This document shows, piece after piece, positions 58,108 to 64,000 of a stretch of 64,000 nt of DNA (positions within the stretch are counted from its first letter, which is position 1; the number at the start of each line of letters is the position of its first letter). A program made the position numbers and the translations under genes. The DNA lies in the NCBI GenBank assembly GCA_964019425.1, contig OZ025782.1, positions 1,488,001 through 1,552,000 on the forward strand. Reading direction: 5' to 3'. The notes under the pieces are model-generated. The model searched no databases and had not been told where the DNA came from. It saw only the letters and a list, made by a program, of their open reading frames with translations. The stretch comes from Flectonema sp. DT1601 (Eukaryota).

Positions 58108-60746
58108 TTTTTTTTTCTTTTCTTGTTTTTTTGTTTTTCCTGTTTACTTTGAAGAATGAATAAAAATTTGTGTTCAGAAGGTATATTTTGAAAAAAACAC
58201 AAATACCGTTCTTGAATCTGCATTTTTTTTTTTTTTTTTGTTGGTTTCATCTGGGAGAATTAAAAAATAAAAGTAAAAAAAAAATAATGTTACTTTCATA
58301 AAAGCATATTCGTATTCATATCTAAAGTTGTTGTTCAGCATCTACAAGTTAAAACAGAAAAAACTTGTCAGCCAATCAAAGGAAAAATGTGACATAAAAT
58401 TGATTTTCATTTTTAAAAAAGAAAATAAAGAAAATAGAACGGAGCTGGAAGATATGAGTTGAAACGATTTAAAAAAAAAAAAAAAAAAAAAAGAAAAAGA
58501 AAAAGAAACACCCCGTTGGCATTGATAAGAAAACACGATTATTTTAACTTTTCAATTAACGGGAAGAATGAAAGGGGAAAAAAAAAAAGAAAAAAAAGAA
58601 AAAGAAAAAGAACAATCATCAATAATAAAATTTAGCAAACTAAGTTAATTTTTGATGGGGAAAAAAGATATGTCAGGCCAGGGGGGGTCTGCCCCGCTCT
58701 TTATAAAAAAACGCTGCGACCATTTTTGGCGTAGGGGGAAAGAAGCAGAAACACAGAGAAAAAATGAAGCTCACAAACATCGTTAAGTTTTTAAATCCAT
58801 CTTTTCAACAATAAAAAAAAACAGATAAATTAGTCGGTAGGCAGTTATCCATTCCAACGTTACTGGAGACTACGAGCTCTAGCAGGGTAACTCACAGCAA
58901 CAGAGGACACAATCCGTAACCAGCAATTTAACAATTTATGAAGGATCTCATTATAACAACAACGACACGTAACACCAACTCAAAACACACAGGAAGTCGA
59001 ATATTGAACAATTTAAAAAAAAAAAAAAACCTTCCAAATAAATATCCCTGGCTGCAGATCATCCGCAGCTAAAAAGAGACATAAGAGTGAGGATAATAAA
59101 GATAAGGGGGGGAAAAAAGGGGGGGAGAAAACATAATAGAAAAACGGAGCAGAGAATATTTTTCTTTTTTTTTTCTACACACAAATCAGCACATAATCCA
59201 ACTACGAACAGGTAGTTGGTCGGACGATGCAACACAAAGAGCGGAGGATGCCATGAGTCGGGAATAAAAGAAGGGGAGATACATAAAAGGGTGAACAAGA
59301 CACACGCAATGTCATATATGAATGGGAACAAAAAAGACCAGAGATTAAGGTAATCACAAAGTGTTGACTTTTTCGCTTTAAAACAAAAGAAAATAATAAT
59401 AATAATAATAAAAGGCAAGGCTGTATACGAATGGGGTTTTGATGCGGGCTCGATGATAAGAACTTCGATGAGGATATTACCTCCCTGAAGATTCAAAAAA
59501 AAAAAAAAAAAAAAGAAACAAGAAAAAAAAAACACACACAATCAATAACACAGAAAATCGAAGCACCAGATTACCACACAAACTACAACCATTTTAAATA
59601 AAAATGAATAAATAAAAAAGAGGAAGAAAAAAGGAAGAGGAAGAATAAATATATGCCTAGGGTACACTATCTTACACGCGATGACGCTGCGCAAGACTCC
59701 CCCAAGCAATAAATAAGCCAAACTCACTTAATCTCCTCCGCAGTGACATCGTCCGTTATTTCTTAGTTTGATGAAGTGTTGGATTAGCATACAAAGAAAT
59801 AGTCATGAAAGAAAAAAAAATAAGTAGAAAATTTATTTTTTTTATTTTTTTTTTATTTATTTTTTTCGAAGTCAGGTCAAAAAATTTCCGGAGAAATTGT
59901 CTCCGATCAAAACAAATAATTTCAAAGCATCGTCTCTCTCGTGTATCTCCCAAGTGACTTGTTAAGCATGCGCGAAGTTGCTGCATGTCTTGTTAATTTC
60001 ACTAAAAAAGATATGAAAAGAGAAATCTAAATAAAAATTAAAAAAAATTCGTGTTATAATGAATTCATGAAACAAAAACGTATCCATGAGACACACATGA
60101 GTGTCGTTGAAGAAAAAAGAAAAAATCAAATTACATACTTATTTTGCGGGGTTTTCGCAATATTTTAAAAAATAAGAATACAATCTTCTGCGGGATAGTG
60201 GACGCGTCGAAGTGAAGTACGAGTGACACACAAAGCTAGTCGCTGTACAACACAAGTAGAACTAAATTAGAGATTTGCCGGTTTATTTTTTTTTTTCTGT
60301 GACAAAATACAAAACAAATTCATCGCGCTGTCATTTGGTATAAAATTAAAAAAAAAAAAAAATGAAATGAAACTTTCGGATTCCCCACATCTTTAAATAA
60401 AAGTGATAAGATATATTTTTTTTTTTTTAAATTTTTTTTTAGAAAAATAAACCAATAAAACATACATAGACCGAAAGGAACAAAAAAAACAAAGATTTTA
60501 GTGAGTTTTGAGAAACATCCAGCTGCAATAATTAACCCCACAACGCAGCAAAAATATTTTAGGAAAGTACCTCGAAACTCACAAAAGGAAAGAAGAATCA
60601 CAGTAGTCAGTCGTAAATTTAATAGCGCTGGCAGAAACCGGCGCTATTCTTTACAAGTCGACATTGAATTCCAGCTGCGACAAAAAAAGTATGGCAGCGA
60701 AAAGGTGTTGGAAATCAATACTACTCTTTAAAAAAAAGAGAGAGAA

Positions 60747-60747
<1 letters not shown>

Positions 60748-60778
<31 letters not shown>
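60748..60778. repeat. (GAAA)n microsatellite
   Basis: About seven tandem GAAA units. Confidence 0.8.
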
Positions 60779-61226
60779 GAGAATAATAAAGATGTCAATT
60801 CCTTCGGTCTACGATCTACCAAAAGATAAAAATATACCGCAAACAAGAATTATTCTCGTGAGGGAAAAAAAAAAAAAAAAGATTTTTTTTTTTTTTTTTT
60901 AATTTCCTCACGAGAATTGTTCTTTTCATTACAGTTTTTTATATGTATTTCCCTCTCCCCCAAAAAAAAAATTTTTTTTTGATATTTTTTTTTTAAAAAA
61001 GGGCAAAAAAAAAAAAAAAAACACAGTTCGATTTTTATATAAACCATGCATGCCTCGTACTGCCGTTGAAATACTCAGCGGCGGTACAGGTATGTCTGTG
61101 TTGTAATTAATTTTTTTTTTCTTTTTTTTAAAATTAACGGAGTTAAAAATAAAACGTAAATCAGATCAGAGTAATAAACAACTCTCCTAACACCAAAAAA
61201 ATAGAGAGGAAGAATACGGAACGAGA

Positions 61227-61371
61227 GTTGGGGGTAACTTGATACTAATATTAAATGGAAAGCAACTTGAAACTGGCAAAAAAACGAGAATAGGGTTCGG
61301 CCAAAACTGGTTGCAATATAAGGATTGGAGGGGGTAACTTGATACTTTGATTAAAATATAAATCAACTTGA
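61227..61371. repeat. ~47-nt dispersed motif, copies 2 and 3 (100 nt apart, downstream of the zinc-finger gene)
   Basis: GGGGGTAACTTGATACTAATATTAAATGGAAAGCAACTTGAAAC and GGGGGTAACTTGATACTTTGATTAAAATATAAATCAACTTGA. Confidence 0.75.
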
Positions 61372-61550
61372 TGTGTATTCACTTTTTTTTTTTTTTTAGA
61401 ATTTGCTTTTTTCCTTAAACTAAGGATGTATTCTGTACTTACTTAATTTCAATAAATAAAAAAATTCTTACAAATAAACTAATTAGACACCGACGGAAAC
61501 AAGAACCAAAAACAAGGAAGGGGGTCATCCCCTTTCCAACAATAATTACA

Positions 61551-62018
61551 TTAATAGCCAACAATACTGTATCCTTGAGCAACATAAGGATCATGTCTGT
61601 ATGTCAGTGTTGATATTGGTGTCAACAAATCCGATATCTCCCCGTCACTGTTGCTCGATGTGTCACTTTCACTACTCTGAACAGATAAGCATTGTGAAAT
61701 ACTGCTTCTACTGCTGCTTTCTAAAGAACGAGTTTCGCTGTTCTTGGAACTTTTAACATTATGAAGCTCAGATTTCAAGGACTCTCTTCCAGTCGATCCT
61801 CTTGTCATAATATGAGGATGCTCGCAGTCACCACCTTTTGTACATTTTCCTTTATAAAATAACGAACACTTGATGTGTAATTCTAATTTTGTGTACCAAA
61901 AAGTTCCGCAAGCTTTGCATCGAAGACAGACTTTTGCTTTGCTTACTTTTCTTACTTTTTCCCACATATTATGGCTGCATGGTCTTTCTATGATTTTTGA
62001 TTCTGCCTCGACTGCCAT
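61551..62018 (-). CDS. Small zinc-finger protein (C-x-H…C-x2-C module + CCCH finger), putative RNA-binding
   Basis: PCSHNMW…LRCKACGTFW followed by C-x7-C-x5-C-x3-H (CSLFYKGKCTKGGDCEHPH), Ser-rich tail, YRHDPY. Start ATG 62018. Confidence 0.75.
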   Translation of the reverse strand: MAVEAESKIIERPCSHNMWEKVRKVSKAKVCLRCKACGTFWYTKLELHIKCSLFYKGKCTKGGDCEHPHIMTRGSTGRESLKSELHNVKSSKNSETRSLESSSRSSISQCLSVQSSESDTSSNSDGEISDLLTPISTLTYRHDPYVAQGYSIVGY

Positions 62019-62764
62019 GTTTTGGTTTTTACTATAAAAAAACTGAATGGGGAAAAAAAAAAAAAAAAAAAACATAAATAATCACAGTGCAGATCACAAA
62101 ACATAAGACACTATGAATTATCACTCAACTGTGAAACAAGAAACGTTAATAAATAAAAGATACCATCCCGACACAACTAGTATAGAAGAACAGAAAAAAA
62201 ATGGGGGAAGAAAAAAAAAAAAAAAGAATATAATATCACAACAGCTAAATCTAAAGGGGGAGATAATCAGTTGATCACGTAAAAAAAGGAGAGGGGGGAA
62301 AAAATACAACCTGTTATGGATACAGTGCACTATGGCGATGCCTAGCCTTAACTTAGCCTTTTGAAGCAACTTATTAAGTTTTCGAGAATAATCCATAAAT
62401 CTAAAAGGGGAAAAGGGAGAAAGCACTTGATAAAACAACCACTTTCTCACTAAACTATGGCACTGCATGGCGGAGCTTTATCTTCCTTGCATCATTTAAA
62501 AAAAAATAAAAAAAAAAATAAAAAATGAAAAACTTAAACTCACATAGAGAGAAGGGTCACAACACAACTTCAACAATTGTTGGAATTTTTTTATCTTTTT
62601 TTTTTAAATTTTTTTTTTTTCCCTTTCTCCACTCTCGTCTTATTAAGTGCTTCTCTAATTGGAATACGAAGGGGAGACCAGGGATGAACAGGTGGAGAAG
62701 AATACAGACGAATGGTATAAAATACGAAACTATAAAGTTGCCACGCTGGTGGTAATCTACTCAG

Positions 62765-64000
62765 CTACTGTCTTGCAAAAGATGATCTGATATTATTAGT
62801 TGAGTAAACTGTTTCTATCGGCTGTATAGTTGAGCGAGTCTTTCGTGCAACAGGTGTAGTCGTTCTGAGAGGCTTTGCCTCATCCTCTACTCGAAATGAA
62901 CGAGTTTTTGTTGTTATCGGAGGTGCCCAAGGTTGGGGCTTCATTGCTGATCTAGTACGTCGGTTGTCACCGCCTTCAGACTGTAATGCCTTTTTAGACA
63001 GCCGAGGTACGTGTGGCTTTCGCATACGGGCGGGGTCAAAGTTCAGAGACCTGGGAGAAGTAGCTTGGAGGTTAACAGGTTTCTTTATAACACCAGTACT
63101 ACTTCTCCCCCGACCAACTGCAACTCGACCTCGACCACTAACAGGGCTGGTTGCCGTCGGCTGTGGGACGCATAATCTCGGATTTGGTACCGGACTTGGT
63201 GAAGAGTCAACTGATCGCGGGGTAGGTAGTGGACTGGGACTCCTTTCTTCTACAGCATTCATCCTGTCAGCGACAGGTCCCACGAGAGACATGTTAAGTG
63301 GAAGTAGTTCAGTATTGGTCATTAAACTATCATCACGAGATACTTCAATAGTTGATCCAACTTTAACTGGATTCATAATTGGACTCATACTAACTCTTGT
63401 CGGTGATTTGAATTCTGACAATGGACTGACTTGACTCGGAGTCGATAGCGGTGCTGGAGATCCATCGCTTGGAACTCTGACAGTGGAGTCAGTCAGATTG
63501 TGATATTCAGGAATTGGAAGTCTTGCTGCTTCAACAGTTGTTGTAGTTGTTGGTAATCTTGTTTGTAACTCACGTGCGATAGTTTCACTGATATCTTGAA
63601 CAGTAGTAGAGTTCAGTGTGTTGGGTAAGGTCGCAGGTGCTGTTTGATTTCGCAATCGAACTTCATATTCCGAAACAAACTGAACATCACTTTCACCAGA
63701 CTTTGTACCTAACGGCCGAGTATCTTCACTAACAGCCTTCACAGGAACTGGTAAGTCTCTCGGTAAAGGAGCAATAGAAACTTTCACAGGCGACGGTACT
63801 TTTTTCGGTGATATTCTCTCTGATTCTTTAGCAAGTTGACGACTTGGATGAGGTGGAGATACGAGTTCCGAATCATTCCCGAGATTTAAGTATGCCACAG
63901 TTGACTGAGGAACTGGCTGAGGAGGAGGAATTCCTGCTAACTGACCTGTAGCACGCATACGACCTATTGTTTTATCATAAGGCTGAGATAATATTGATTG
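62765..64000 (-). CDS. Pro/Ser/Thr-rich hypothetical protein, 3' part (frame open to window edge)
   Basis: 397-aa ORF; the frame stays open upstream of ATG 63958 to position 64000 (QSILSQPYDKTIGRM…). Confidence 0.75.
   Translation of the reverse strand, partial: QSILSQPYDKTIGRMRATGQLAGIPPPQPVPQSTVAYLNLGNDSELVSPPHPSRQLAKESERISPKKVPSPVKVSIAPLPRDLPVPVKAVSEDTRPLGTKSGESDVQFVSEYEVRLRNQTAPATLPNTLNSTTVQDISETIARELQTRLPTTTTTVEAARLPIPEYHNLTDSTVRVPSDGSPAPLSTPSQVSPLSEFKSPTRVSMSPIMNPVKVGSTIEVSRDDSLMTNTELLPLNMSLVGPVADRMNAVEERSPSPLPTPRSVDSSPSPVPNPRLCVPQPTATSPVSGRGRVAVGRGRSSTGVIKKPVNLQATSPRSLNFDPARMRKPHVPRLSKKALQSEGGDNRRTRSAMKPQPWAPPITTKTRSFRVEDEAKPLRTTTPVARKTRSTIQPIETVYSTNNIRSSFARQ

Noticed and set aside
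40739..58434. Shared TTTAAAAAAGAAAATAAAGAAAA string at ~40740 and ~58412
   Set aside because: Low-complexity A-rich sequence, expected by chance here.
61431..61440. TTCTGTACTT, resembling the 3' part of euglenozoan spliced leaders
   Set aside because: Only 10 nt, with no rest of the SL exon and no adjacent donor GT.
62964..63434. 156-aa plus-strand ORF
   Set aside because: Antisense shadow of the Pro/Ser-rich minus-strand CDS.

Overview
AT-rich eukaryotic genomic DNA with many long poly(A)/poly(T) tracts. All ~26 credible protein genes lie on the minus strand. Most ATGs examined are preceded by a pyrimidine-rich AG, and only a few short GT-AG introns are present. This layout fits a euglenozoan polycistronic, trans-spliced gene cluster, most plausibly a diplonemid (inference). 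Recognisable products: MTR4 (partial), CPSF100, a sphingolipid C9-methyltransferase-like protein, a peroxisomal nitronate monooxygenase-like flavoprotein, a SPRY protein, an ankyrin-GNAT fusion, MCEE, a METTL25-like protein, CRIPT, a cathepsin L-like protease, a ~2,000-aa SecA-ATPase-domain protein, two tandem kinases, an EEF1AKMT4-like methyltransferase, an SPF45-like UHM protein, a Na+/H+ exchanger and a zinc-finger protein. Most notable observations: (1) the two kinases have an SPX + MAPK + IQ + CaaX architecture and lack the canonical TxY Thr, suggesting a one-protein phosphate/inositol-pyrophosphate and Ca2+ sensing kinase; (2) all nine reconstructed cis-introns end in A/C-rich tracts (…AACAG) with no polypyrimidine tract, while the presumed trans-splice acceptors are pyrimidine-rich; (3) the SecA protein has a putative dual-acylation N-terminus and ~11 unrecognised Trp/Pro repeats; (4) the exchanger carries a Cys/His-rich repeat ectodomain; (5) two dispersed short non-coding repeat families occur, one inserted in an intron. 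All family calls come from motif recognition by eye; no searches were run.
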